A stretch of DNA of 64,000 nucleotides from Podarcis vaucheri (GCA_965113315.1 OZ220376.1); one strand, 5' to 3'; positions 40,747-53,300 are shown, numbered from the stretch's first letter. A program made the numbers and translations. Notes: generated from the letters alone by a model not told the origin.

Positions 40747-42880
40747 CTTGAAAAGTTGACTTGAAAAGTTTTTTTAAAAAAACATGGCCTCAGGAGCACA
40801 GAATAAAAGAGCAAATCACCTCTCAGCAGAACAGTATGCAACCAGTTTGATGCTCTTTTGAGGTGCAAAAATATTTGAACCCTTGGAAGCCAGCAACCTT
40901 ACATGTTGAACAATTGGAATTTTGCTGCCAGCTCCCTGCCCCCCACTCCCAAATTCCCATGTTTGATGGGAAAACTGCTCTTGCTAGATTAACACTGGCA
41001 GTTCCTGGGGACTGAATAGAAAGAACAAGGCGAAAAGGTGAGCTGATTAAAATGTCACAACTCTGTCACTGCCAAACCTGGCAAAGACAGCAGGCCCTTG
41101 CTGTTATATTCCTGGCTCTAATCAGCCTCTAATAGGGCACCATGCCGGAACAGGCTATTCAACTACAGCAGCTTAAAAAAAAACACACCTTCCTCTAAAT
41201 CTGCAAAAAGTGATCATATATTGTGAATCCATCTCAACCTTTTAAAAAACTCAGTAGTGGTTTGTGCTTTATGGTCTTTCCATCTCCAAACCCTGCAATG
41301 TTGATCTTATGAATATCTCAACATGCCAAGAGGGACATCATAGTCTCCAACTGTCCCAGAAATGCCAGAAATGTCACGAAAACGCTTAAGCTATCACGGT
41401 TTCTCACTTTCTCATGCTGAGTCCTGAATTCCCATCTTTGTTGAGGTATGCTAACTGGAAATGGCTTCACATTTGGAGGAAGCGGGGGGGGGGGGACAGA
41501 GAGTTGCTGGCTGAGGCTGCCTTTCTTTGCTCCTCCACCTCAACCTCATTTGCCACCAAAGACTCTTGCGCTGTGTCCGAGGGAGCCAGGCTGGTGGAAT
41601 AGTAGTAGTAGTTGTAGCAGGAAGAGGAGAAGGGGGAGCAAGGCACTGGGGGTGCCAGCACCACTGTCCCCACTGACTGTGATTCCCTGGCCTGGCGAGC
41701 CCCCAGCCACCCATCCAGCTGGCCATGCTGAATAAAAACAAGGAGGAGAAAGTGAGCCAGGTCAGGCCTGAAGAGAAGGCAGCAGCCTGAGGAAATCCTG
41801 AGCAGAAGGCCCTGGGGGTGAAGGAGAAGGGTATGGCTGGCAGGATGCAGGCAGGCCTGTGGGGGGCTGTAGTTTGAGGGATGTGGGGACCAAGGTTATG
41901 GGGGTCGAGGGTGGGTGCTGAAGCTAGCTGGGCTTCGAGGGGGGGTTGTCTGTATCATGAAAAAAATCTTAACATGCAGAAAAAGCCCCCCACCTCCAGG
42001 AGTGATACTGATGTAGAAAAGAATGTCCCTATTTTCATCTGAGGAAGGTAGGTGGGTATGTTTGCTGATGTGTGCTGAAGATTCTCAATTTTGGAACTGG
42101 GTTTGGCACCCAAGAAGAGAACTGCAGGATTAGGCCTATGGCCCATCTAATCCAGAAGGCTGTATTCACAGGGGCCAACCAGGGGCCAATGGGAAGCCCA
42201 CAAGTAGGGCATGAGCACAGCAGCATCACTCCCCACTTCTGATTCCTAGCAACTGGTATTCAGACATACTGCCTCCAACAGTGGATGTAGGAGATAGCCA
42301 TTTTCTAATAATCCAAGTTGGTGGCCATCACTACTTTTTTTTTGGGGGGGGGGCAAATCAAGATTAAGAATTATGTGGATGCCTTTCATAAGAGGATTTC
42401 AAGAAGTCACCCAACTTGCAATGGACCAGTCCTAGCGGTAGCTGAGAGACATAGAACTGATGGACATGCCTTTTCCTAACTTGTAAGTCCACTTCCTGGC
42501 TATAAATAGTGAGTCCCTCATTCTGGACACGCCTTGCCTGACAGCGCTGTGACACCAGTTCTTGCACTAGGGTTGCCTCCCCGCCCCTTCTATGCAACTG
42601 TGTATTTAATAAGGTACGACCACTCTCTGAATTCCTGAACCTTGCACTTTTTGATACATGTTGAAATCTGCTCACAGGAAGGTCTCAAGTCCTCAGGAGC
42701 CTGAACATGGGCCACATGCATGGCCAAAATGGCAGGCACCAGAATCTTTGGTCATTAACAGCCCATCCCTCCATTCTCAATGAGAAAGGGGGGTGGTGTA
42801 CATCAGAACCTGTTTGAGAGGTTTCAGATGAGGCTGAAAGAAATTTGTGCAAGAGAAAGATTTCAAAGGTATAAAATAAA

Positions 42881-42886
42881 TTTATT
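42881..42886 (-). terminator. Probable TEDC2 polyadenylation signal (AATAAA)
   Basis: tttatt on the + strand about 150 nt past the stop codon. Confidence 0.55.
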
Positions 42887-43034
42887 TGCTTTATGAATGC
42901 AGGCAATGCCCCTTAGAGTACTATTAAGCTTGATCATTCACAGAACAGTCCAAGGATGTGCACTGATTTAAAGACTGCAGCCAGAGTTCAATGCTTTCTA
43001 TGCACATTGTCATATGTCAGATTGAGGCGTCAAG

Positions 43035-43184
43035 TCAGCTGTGCAACTCCTCATCATGCACAAGAACAGGAAAGCGTTCACCTCCTTCACACAGCAAGGT
43101 GTAAATGGCACGGTACAGTGATGCTCTGGAGCTTTCCTGAATACATCCAGGTTCTAGAAGAGGGAGGAGTTCAGCTTCCATGGC
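43035..43184 (-). CDS. TEDC2: TEDC2 last coding exon (AMEAELLPLLE...LLCEGGERFPVLVHDEELHS*)
   Basis: Acceptor ttgttcccag; TGA at 43037-43035; AATAAA about 150 nt downstream. Confidence 0.93.
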   Translation of the reverse strand, partial: AMEAELLPLLEPGCIQESSRASLYRAIYTLLCEGGERFPVLVHDEELHS

Positions 43185-46100
43185 CTGGGAACAAGACAAC
43201 CTGTTAGTGGGGAGGGAAAGTATCTCCAACACAGATCATTCAGAAGTTGAAGAGTGCAGGTGATATACTGAATCGGGGAAGCAAGTAAGAGTTGTACAAT
43301 TGTCCCTTGACTGCCTTTTCCAGCTCTCAGTAAATGGCTGCTAATATCCAGGGGGAGGCAGCTGTGCTTGCTTGTGGTGCTTTCTGCATTGTGAACCAGG
43401 AAACCCACAAAGCAGAGTCCCTCAAGCAACCTGCAATGTTGAAAAAAGAAAAAAGCCACTAATCAGGAGTCAGCATAGCATCAGGATGGTGCAATGAGGC
43501 TCATTTGGACAGCCAGTGAACCCTAATGCTAAAGGAGGTATAACCTCAGGGGCAGCTACAGACCGAAGCTGGAGAAAAGAGAACAGATGAAAAACCAAGT
43601 GAATGGTTGGCTAAAACGTGGCACTTTGCTCCTACGGCAAACTTAATGCATTATATTAGAATGATACCCCACTCCGGAACTCATACTATCAATAAATTAG
43701 CACAATTGGTTCAAGCTCAATAGAAAAGCTTTCTACAGCTACCATTAAGTAAAAACTGAGTTTTCATCTGGCCAGTTTCCAGTTGTGAGAGCATATTACC
43801 TAGCTGCCTTCTGTTTCATCCATTCGCTTTTAGTTCTATGCAGCAGGATAGCCAATTAATCTCTCTGAATATAAAACAGCCAGATTTAGGAACACAGGAA
43901 GCTGCTTCATACAGTCAGACCATTGCTTCATCTGGCTCGGTATACTGTCTACACTGGCTGGCAGCAGCTCTCCAGGGTTTCAGCCCTACCTGAAGATATA
44001 GGGAATTTGAACCTGGGACCCTGTACATGTAAAACAGATGTTCTACTACTGAGCTACAGCCCTTAGATCTTTATTGTATTATTATTTAAACAATGTATAT
44101 ACTGCTTAACTGCAATAGTCTCTCGATACAATACAAGCAGTAAAAATCAATTAAAACTATAAAATCAAACTTCAATTAAAATGCCTGCCAGAATAAATGA
44201 AAAAAGCATTTAGTAGGTGCTGGGCATTCAGCAGGGAAGGTGCCTGTCTGACTTCAGCTGGAAGGGAGTTCCATAAACTTGGGTCTACAACACTAAACAC
44301 AAAGTTCCTGGTGCACCCAAGCCATGGGGGACCACTAACAGTGACTCCCCCAAGACCTCAATCACCTTATTATTATTTTTATTAAATGTTTTATTTATCT
44401 TACACCCCACCAGCTGAATCTGACCAGGATGTCTGAACAAAGTGAGCAAAGAGCTTAGACCCCAACACCATAAAAGGCAGCCTTACTGCCAAGTTACCTT
44501 CTGTATCTCAAGTTGCTGGCGCAGCATCGCCACCTTCAGTCTCAAGGCTTCCATCTCCTTCAGCTCCTCCAAGCTGGAGTAAGAAAGCAGCGGCGGTGGC
44601 CCAACAGTTTCTACATCCCAGCACCTCTGGCTTCCAGGGGAGGCACACCATGCAGAGGAGCATCCGTCGCCGCAAGCGGAGTTAGCAGGGAACAGCTTCG
44701 AATGGGACTCCATAGCTGTCAGGGGATTAGCAAAGCACAAAAGTGAGGAGACCAAGAGGGAAGTGATAGCACTCTGCCAATACCTGAAGGGCTAGAACAC
44801 AGAAGAAGAGAGCAAAGTGTTGTTCTCGGCTGACCCAGAAGGTAGGATGATCAGGCATAGGCAAACTCGGCCCTCCAGGTGTTTTGGGATTACAACTCCC
44901 ATCATCCCTAGCTAACAGAACCAGTGGTCAGGGATGATGGGAGTAGTAGTCCCAAAACATCTGGAGGGCCGAATCTGCCTATGCCTGGACTAGATCTCTA
45001 ATGGGCTCAAGTTAAACTATGGAATGCGCTCCTACAGAAGGCACAATGCTTCTGGCCAGTTGCTGGAAACCACAGGATGGGTTGTGCTCTGGTTCCACTT
45101 GAAGGTTTCCTGCAGGCATCTGGGTGGCCACTGTGAGAACAGGATGCTGGACAAGATGGGCCACTGGCCTAATCCAGCAGGCTCTTCTTAGGTTCATAAG
45201 GCAAGATTTGAACTGAAACGTCTTATTGTTAAAAGCAGATTGACAGTGGAACCAATCTATTAGAGGGCTAGCAGGCTCTCCCTTGCTCAAGGTCTCCAGG
45301 CAGATGCCTGCTGGGGATACTCTTGATCTCCTGTATTAAGCAGGGAGTTGAACCAGATGGCATAAAAGACACCTTGCAACTCCATGGTTCTATAATAAAC
45401 CTTTTGTTTGCAACACAATTTGCTTACTGTATCTGCATAAGAAAACAAGCCACGTATTGCTAGGAACTGAGCAATTAGTTACAGGGTAAGGCTGATCTGT
45501 TTGTTTTTGCCGAGAAAGCTGCAGTGCCATGGAAGGCAGCCAAGCAGGATTATGACAGAATGTCCTAACCCTACATGGCCCACGCCTAGGTGGAGACCTG
45601 GAACGAGTGCTGAATTTTCAACCATCCAGGGTAAGCATGCAGAATGAGTGTGTGGTATTGCCGCTCCCAAATCTGATGTTATCTATCTGTAATTGGTTAT
45701 ATCTATACATCATTTTTTAAAAAACAACAGCACAATGTTATTATGTCATATCCTTCACCTTCTCTTAACTGGTGCACTTTGTCCAGACACTGGCCCACTA
45801 TCGTTTGCAGGCCCTCCAGAGTCAGAAGACTTTCGTACTGTCTCTGCCAAGTTGGGTTTTCTCCAAGAGACTCTAAGAGGAATAAGAGAGTTAAGAGGCT
45901 TCAGGTCTCACAGAATCACTTGGGAGAAGGCAGCCTCAAGTCTAGCACCTCAGAGAAGTTGCAAGTGCGGGGGTCCCACAAATAAAGAAATGCAAGCTAT
46001 ATTCTGACAGCTACCGTTCATTAGGATTTTTAAGTGCACACTCAAAAATGAAACATTGGTGAGATATATTGTGTTCCAAACTACATGCATCATACGGACT

Positions 46101-49100
46101 AGAGGCAAAATAGAGAATTTGGGGTGGTGGTGCACACCAGACCATAGCTTCTTGCCAATGTAATCTGCGGAGCAAATACATCTGTTCACAGCTGTGGGTA
46201 TGGATATCTCCACCACAATTTTTTAAGACTGAAATTACATTCCCAAAGCCGCAGCGAACGATCCTTTTCTGCGGAGCCCCTCTTCAGAGACCGAAGAGGA
46301 CCGCCATTGCTGTTTCGCGCCGCCTCCGGAAGTCCCATTCCCAAAGCATTTTAGCTACCTTCATCACCTTTCTTACCTGAGGTCTCAGCTTCCATGCACT
46401 GGCTGACATGGGAGTGAATGTCACGTAGGTGCTTAAACTCTTCTTTCACTTCAACTGGACTTAAGGCTAGTGAAGGCAAGCAGAACTGACCATAAGCTTA
46501 AGTCAATAAGGCTTAGTGGAGACAGTGGACATAAAGGCTTTTAGGGTCACCATCCTACTGGCTAGCTTGCCAGATTTATAGCAAGGTCAAATGTTTCAGG
46601 GCCAAAACTGGCCTTGCATTTAGCAACATTCCTGGAAACAAGGAATTCCACACAGGTGCATTCACCAAGTTCTGTGCAGGTAGAAAGTGGGCTGGGAGAA
46701 GAGGGACTGGATCTTCACACCTTTTCAAACTTTTGTTCAAAGTTATTTTTATCCAAAAATACAGAACAGGCATGATATTTATAGTTTAACTTTCTTTCCT
46801 TCATGTTATCTGCTATATTGTTTATTTTGTTTATAAAAAATATTTATATACTGTTATTCATTAAAAAATCAGAGCAGTTTACAACAATTAATATAAAACG
46901 GTACAATGGCAAAAATTAACATTAAAATTAAAAACCAGCTATTATGGAAAGATGCATTCTTAACTGTGTGCTGACAGAACAGAAAACTTTCCAGCAGGTG
47001 TTTAAAAGCTGAAACTGAAGGCCATATTAAAAAAAAAAAAAAAAACTACTACTGAAAAATACTGACATTTTTCAAATGAGAATATGCAAAAGGAAGAAAC
47101 AGAATGGACTCCCCCACCAAAGGTCTTGGATGTGCCCAAAAGCCTCTTTCCACATAGGCTATTTTATGCACTCATCAAGCCACAGCTGCAGCCCTGAGGT
47201 CTTTCTAATACTGCTAGACTCCCATCAACTCTGGTGGTTGGCCATGCTAGTTGGGACCGCTGGACGTTGGAGACCCGACAACATCTGGAAGGCCACAGCT
47301 GCCCCCTGCCCCCCCATTATAAAGCCAAAGCCAGAAAAGGATACTGTTGCTTGTAGTTTCTCCATAAAACTATTCCTTGCAGCAACAGCTTCTGGGCTTG
47401 TTTTGCAAAGACGGCATTTCTCTCCCAGCCTAGGCATTTATAAAGGAGGGGAACACGCAGTTAGCAAGAGTTGGGCTTAGCCTGAAATTCACATCTCACA
47501 CATTACAGTTCTTCCTGAAGCAGGGCCAATCGTATTTCTGTCAACTATACTTATTTGCTTACACTGCAGGATCCCAAAACACTGAGTGTATCAACAGACC
47601 TTTGTCACCAAAACTCAAAAATGATCTAAGGAAGAAGGAAGGATTGTGTATAATGCTATTGGAAAAATAATCAAATTTAGGATATTTGGTCCATCTATAG
47701 GCAAGGATGAGAACAACTTGTCCTAAATTGCTGGATGGACTTATTGCACCTTCTCAGATAGCTAAAGCCACAGAAGGGCATCTGCTTACTTGAGAGATAC
47801 AAGTCTTGTTTCCAGTAGTGCACAGTAGGCTTCCACTGGAGTAATCCAGACCATCATCAACAATGAGAAAGCACAGCAGAACAGATACCCTTGTCTGCTG
47901 TCCAAGCCATACAGAAATACATGGCAATGACTGCAGAATATGGTCTTCATTGCAAAATCTGCTAGCAGTTGCAGAATTCGGAGACTCACACTTTAAATTG
48001 GTGGAAAGTATTCTCTACCAGGTTAGACTCTTTAGATTAGACTCAGTGGAACAATGGATTTATATTTTCTTAGCATGTGGCAGATATTATTCTGCCTGTT
48101 CCAAATTAAAGTTGTTGTTGGCATTTAGATCCCAGACGATCGTTAGACACTAGTGACTGATGCTTTTCAAGCTGCAAGAATGAGAAAATATTTGGCTCCT
48201 AATACGTATTTTGACTCCTAACACATACGCATTTTATTTGTGTGTCTATTTTACTTTGAAACTTGAAAACAACATGTGGTTTCAGTTAAACAAAAGGACA
48301 AAACTATGTCATCCAAATCTACAATTTGATAGAACCTCCTGCCAACAGATTGATGCCATTTGTTTTAGTTTCTGTTAAAAACATGATAGTATATATTATA
48401 CATAGGATATGACAGATGCAGCTATAGAGATGTATTAATTATTTTTCTTTTGACTCTGGACTCAGCTACATTGGCAAAGAAAAAGTGCCTTATATGCGTT
48501 GTTTGTGCATTCTAACACTTGACACCAGATGGCGCTGTAGAGTTCCGTTTTTGCTAACTAGATTTCTCATACAGTACAAAGTTTGCAATGTGTTTAACTG
48601 AAACACTTCTTTGATGTGTCTAGATCCAGCCCTAGTCACTCCATTAACTCTAGCTCGAGATGCATTCAGACAACCAGCAGCCATACAGTAATGACATAAA
48701 ATGTAATACAGTGGTACCTCTGGATGCGAAAAGGATCCGTACTGGAGCCCCGTTCGCATACTCAAGCAAACGTAACCCGCATCCACGTGGGTCGCAATTC
48801 TCCGCTTCTGTGCATGTGCGTGACGTCATTTTGAGCGTCTGCGCATGCGGCAAAACCCAGAAGTAACGCGCTCCGTTACTTCCAGGTCGCCGCGGAGCGC
48901 AACCCGAAAATATTCATCCTGAAGCTACTTCAACCCAAGGTATGACTGTAGTATTACATCAGAAGACAATCACGTATGGTCTCTGATCACATATTCCCAT
49001 TTCTTTGCAGCTGTTCAGATGTCAAAGGAAATGAAAGAAACACTGAATAGTGTTAAAGCTGCATATACAGGTCACATCCACATGTAAATTTAAAACGCAT

Positions 49101-52100
49101 GGCTTCTCCCAAAGAATCCTGGGAACTGTAGCTTTTAAGGGTGTTGGAAACTGTAACTATGTGTGGGGGGGGTTAACAATAATTCCCATGATTATTTGGG
49201 GAAAGTCATGTGCTTTAAATGCACTTAGGTGCATTGTGTGGATGTGACCACAAAGAACTACTTTCCTCACAGAGTTATAGATGTGTCACATGATAAGCTT
49301 TTAACCCAGGTTTGTAAACAGCAACTCTCCTGGTCACCTATAGCCTCCAAGAATCACTGGCTGGCATTAAACTAGAAGAGACTGATTATTTCCAAGAGGG
49401 AAACAGCATAACCCATGTCTAAAAGAAACAGGATAACAGTACATCATTTATACCAGGCTTCCTCAACCTCAGCCCTCCAGATGTTTTGAGACTACAATTC
49501 CCATCATCCCTGACCACTGGTCCTGCTAGCTAAGGATCATGGGGGTTGTAGGCCAAAAACATCTGGAGGGCCAAGGCCGAGGAAGCCTGATTTATACCAT
49601 TCAAGGTGTCGGTGTGAGGGAGGTGCTATCATTCATCAGCCTAAAGAAACCCATGTTTATCCAAACTAGCATTAGGTAAGGTACATGCTTTACATGCATA
49701 AGGTCCCATATTCAATTCTTCACCAACTCCAGTTGGAAACAACAGGAACCAGGTGATGGGTACCACCTCTGCCCAAGACTGTGCCAAAAAGTTGCTGACA
49801 GTTTGGGCAGACAGTACTGGCCAGAGGGAACAACCATTATCACCTTCACCCCCATGGGCAAGTCTGACTGATGGGCAAAGACCCCCATGTCACAGTGACC
49901 TCAGGAAACCCTTGCAGGCCTCCCTTTTGTCTGAGCCAGCTTTTTGTCTGCCCCACACCAGCTTATAATGGGCATGTCCTGGCCAAAATGGCCTTGTGGG
50001 CCAAATGAGGAGGTCTGACAGGTCTAATTAGACCATTGCCTGCAGGTCCCCTGCTCTTGAGCTAGAGGGATGTATAATCTGACCTGGTATCAGGCAGCTT
50101 CCTATACCCATTCTGCAGAAGGCAAACAAAGGCCATGAGAATAAAAGGCTACTAAGTACACCCATGGCTATATGAAAAGTTGACAAGGTCTCTAAAACCA
50201 ACCCATCTAGACAACACAGATTGGTGCCACCCCCGTGGATGTGCCAGAAGACAGACTACAGAACACTTCTTCAATCCCAGTTCCATTTTGCAAATTACTA
50301 ATAACCTCGGCCATTCTACCATAAAGGCTTAGATTCCTCCCTCAAATTTCCCCCATCCATTTGCAGGGAACTCTGAGTTTTTGATTAGCATAAGGTTACC
50401 TGGTATACCTGGAAAAGGCTTTCCCATAAGGATGTGGCAGTTTCAGCAAAGATCTGTAAAAATAAAAAATGGAACTGCATTATAATACTTAGCACACACA
50501 TATTCAAAATCTGGATACATGTTTTCATTTCCTTATCTTTAATTTCAGATATCAAAAAGCAAGTTACTAGCTGCCCTTCTATAACCCAGGCATTCCAATC
50601 ACACCATGCCAATTCCAACCCATCCCACAAGCATTTCTTTTGTATTGCCACTTATTAAATTAGTTCAGGTCAAGGACATTTAGCCAGAACCACCGTCTTT
50701 ACAAATAGCTCAGAAATTTCAACAGGCCCAAAATGTGTTTGATGGAGAAGAAAACAAGAAGAAGCAACTTGGAAACTTACCCCTTTTCCTGTAGAGTAGA
50801 TATCTGGGATGTTGTGTCTGCTCCTGGGGTACCTTCTTCCGTATGGCTCTGTGTGGCTACAGACTCTGGAGCAGGACCAACAAAATTATTCTCTTCTTCA
50901 GAAAAAGGCACATCAGTACCTGCAATGTCTCCCCCACCCACAAGGTTCCCAAATGAAGGGTTTAGCTTTGCACAATGTGAAGATTTAGAAAATTCATGTT
51001 GTGTTCTGGGTTCTTCAGTGGCAAAGACCTTTTCATGACCCATTTGGGTTATTTTTGCAGACAACATGGCTTTGGGGGAGGCAGCTCCTTTGGCTGACTT
51101 CTTCCTCCCTGGCATCTTTGAAGTTCTGGAGCTCAGTCTGCCTGACATTTTCACTTGTGACCTTTTCACATCTAAGTCAGTCCTGTAGGGAGCTTTCAGC
51201 ATGTATGCTGTAGGCTTTTTGGAAGGCACTGGCTTTCTGCTCACAGATTGCACTTTTACTGTCTTCAAGATGCTCTCCTTAGAATGATCCACTTGCTGTT
51301 TTACATTAGCACTACTAACAGCCTTCTTTTCTGCAGCTTTGGCACTTTCTATAAGCTCACATGGAGCCTGCTGGAACTTTGCTCGGATCTTTAGTGCTTT
51401 CTCCAGGGCTTTGTTAAGCAGCTCCAGTTCCTCAAGTTCCTTGGCTGAGGGTTCACTTCCTACAAATGAAAGAGTTAATATATTAATTGAGGTCTTTCAG
51501 TGCTGTCTCGCTCTGATCCAAATCACAAACTAGTAGAATTGTAGAGTTGGATAGGGTCATCTAGTCCAATCCCCCTGCAATGATGCAGATATTTTTTTAA
51601 AGCACAAAGTCATTTATGGACAATGATATATGTTATGTTTTCCACACACCCTCCTCATAGTGAAATTTCTCATTAACCAAACAGCTTAAACTTTATTTGA
51701 ATGTGCCTACCATGAAGACAGTATGTTGACTGTCTCAAGATAATGCTGCAAAAGGTTATGGTAGAACCAGACCACAATTAACAAAAATGCAAGTCTATGG
51801 CATATTCCAAATGATTGGATGCAGAATTTTGGGCCTGCAATGCAAAGAAGTCTAGTTTTATGTATCATGTGAGTTATTGGACTTGATCCTACCCAGGTAT
51901 GCACAGAAACTGCCACAGCCAAGTTTAAGATGTAAAGACTTACTAGGAAAAAAATATTATTAGAATAAGAGAATAATAAAATTGTAGAGTTGGAAGGGAC
52001 CTTAAATAAAATCTGTACTGAAATGCTTTGGGCTTTTTTTTTACTGTTTTATAAATTTCATACTTTGCGTCTTTCCCCACTCCACCCCTTTACCAGTGCA

Positions 52101-53300
52101 AAACACACTGGATACCAGTGTGATCCCACAATGAAGTACCTCTAAGTCTGAAGACACAGACAAAAGTACCTAGCATGTAGGCAAAGGAAAGAGAGAAAAC
52201 CTAACTGAAGACAGAGGTTGGGAAAGAACTGTTGTTCCCATACCTTGATTATCATTTTTGCCATCATCAAGGACTGGGTATTCAGGAGCTTGTGAGTTCC
52301 TAGCAGAAAGGAAACACAGAGCATGCATTCAGCAAGAAACAGATATGGCCAATAATTCTTCCACAGCTGTCATCCTTTCAAACAGCACACAAGACAGTTA
52401 TTGTCGTTAATAACAATATTCTTTGCCCAGACATCCTGAGGAAACAACAAGGTTCTTAGCTTTTAACTTTTTTAAAAAAATCTGTATGGACTCATCTCTT
52501 CTGCTTGGTAATAAGGAGAGATGGGAAAACTGAGAATTAACTAACACAGTTGTTTTTTGTTGTGTGTTTTTTTTACTAACACAGTTTGCTTCCTCCTCAC
52601 TTAAAAAACAAACACAATTCTCTGAAACTTTATGATAGGACTGGCACTTATTCCTCTTTCCCCACCTCCAGCTTACCAGTCTCCAAGAATAGCTTGGCAT
52701 TGTGTTAGTTTCTGCTGCAGTTGCTGCTTTTGTTCAGCACAGTCTTCCAAGGCTTGGGTGAGTAGAGAAACCAGTCTAAAATGGCAAATGGTACAAGAAG
52801 AAAATGTTTCTATTTAACTTGGAAACAATATAATCAACATTCTTTAAATTGGCCTGTTCTCTAGGAAAAGACATGGGGAGATAAGGAAGCATTTGACAGC
52901 CCCATACAAAATTTGACATTAAATTATGGATGTGTGTATGGAATTTCTAGGCATCCCTCACAAGCAGGCTTGTAATCCAAGACTCGCCTCATTTTAGAAA
53001 CGAAACACTGGGTACCGCTGCACAATGAGCTGAGACACTACTTCCCTCAGTTGTTGAAGGGGCTCGGCTTTTACCCTACAAATAAGTCCTGGGGTTCGAC
53101 CCGCCACCCCGTCCCAAGGCCGGCGGGGGGCGGGGCTCCCTTCCTCCGGAATTTAAACTTAGATAGTAAACGCGGCGGGACAGGAGGAGCCTCTCCAGTT
53201 CTACTCCATAAACTGCAGGCACGCTGATGTAACTGCAATAACAACTACTACTATTACTATTACTACAATATCACCTGTGGGCACAGTCTGCGGGCAGCAT
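43035..53300 (-). CDS. TEDC2: Tubulin epsilon and delta complex protein 2 (C16orf59), 10 coding exons, 1590 nt / 529 aa
   Basis: Exons 53275-53300, 52677-52775, 52244-52299, 50781-51459, 50400-50453, 47345-47429, 46377-46485, 45759-45872, 44498-44715 and 43035-43184 join in frame with GT-AG boundaries. Peptides MLPADCAHRLVSLLTQALEDC, ELEELELLNKALEKA, LLTLEGLQTIVGQCL, LLSYSSLEELKEMEALRLKVAML and LYRAIYTLLCEGGER match human TEDC2 as recalled (MLPAGCSRRLVAELQGALDAC, LLTLEGLQAMVGQCL, LCRAVHSLLCEGGAR). Confidence 0.95.
44498..44715 (-). CDS. TEDC2: TEDC2 coding exon 9 (AMESHSK...LLSYSSLEELKEMEALRLKVAMLRQQLEIQK)
   Basis: 218 nt within ORF 44483..44755; donor gtaact. Confidence 0.93.
45759..45872 (-). 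CDS. TEDC2: TEDC2 coding exon 8 (SLGENPTWQRQYESLLTLEGLQTIVGQCLDKVHQLRE)
   Basis: Polypyrimidine acceptor, donor gtgaag; strong match to human LLTLEGLQAMVGQCL. Confidence 0.93.
46377..46485 (-). CDS. TEDC2: TEDC2 coding exon 7 (FCLPSLALSPVEVKEEFKHLRDIHSHVSQCMEAETS)
   Basis: 109 nt, donor gtaaga; resembles human RLSAVEVEAEAGRLR. Confidence 0.85.
47345..47429 (-). CDS. TEDC2: TEDC2 coding exon 6 (LGEKCRLCKTSPEAVAARNSFMEKLQAT)
   Basis: 85 nt; followed by the U12-type donor GTATCCTTT. Confidence 0.85.
48522..48536 (+). promoter_or_regulatory. Candidate CTCF site
   Basis: ACACCAGATGGCGCT versus consensus CCACYAGRKGGCRSY (one mismatch). Confidence 0.5.
48709..48948. mobile_element. Tc1/mariner (Tigger-like) MITE in TEDC2 intron 5
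   Basis: TA|CAGTGGTACCTC ... AGGTATGACTG|TA. Confidence 0.8.
50400..50453 (-). CDS. TEDC2: TEDC2 coding exon 5 (SLLKLPHPYGKAFSRYT)
   Basis: Acceptor tttttacag, donor gtaacc; resembles human HLLRLPAAFRKAASQNS. Confidence 0.88.
50781..51459 (-). CDS. TEDC2: TEDC2 coding exon 4 (SEPSAKELEELELLNKALEKA...STLQEK-G)
   Basis: 679-nt open frame containing ORF 50777..51292; acceptor ttcatttgtag, donor gtaagt. Confidence 0.9.
52244..52299 (-). CDS. TEDC2: TEDC2 coding exon 3 (NSQAPEYPVLDDGKNDNQ)
   Basis: Acceptor tttcctttctgctag, donor gtatgg; 56 nt bridges phase 2 to phase 1 as required. Confidence 0.8.
52677..52775 (-). CDS. TEDC2: TEDC2 coding exon 2 (LVSLLTQALEDCAEQKQQLQQKLTQCQAILGD-W)
   Basis: Acceptor ccattttag, donor gtaagc; 99 nt, phase 2-2. 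Confidence 0.92.

Noticed and set aside
47850-48150. Extra TEDC2 exon or nested gene in intron 5
   Set aside because: TEDC2 frame is complete without it; LNWWK hints at a decayed hAT transposase, too weak to call
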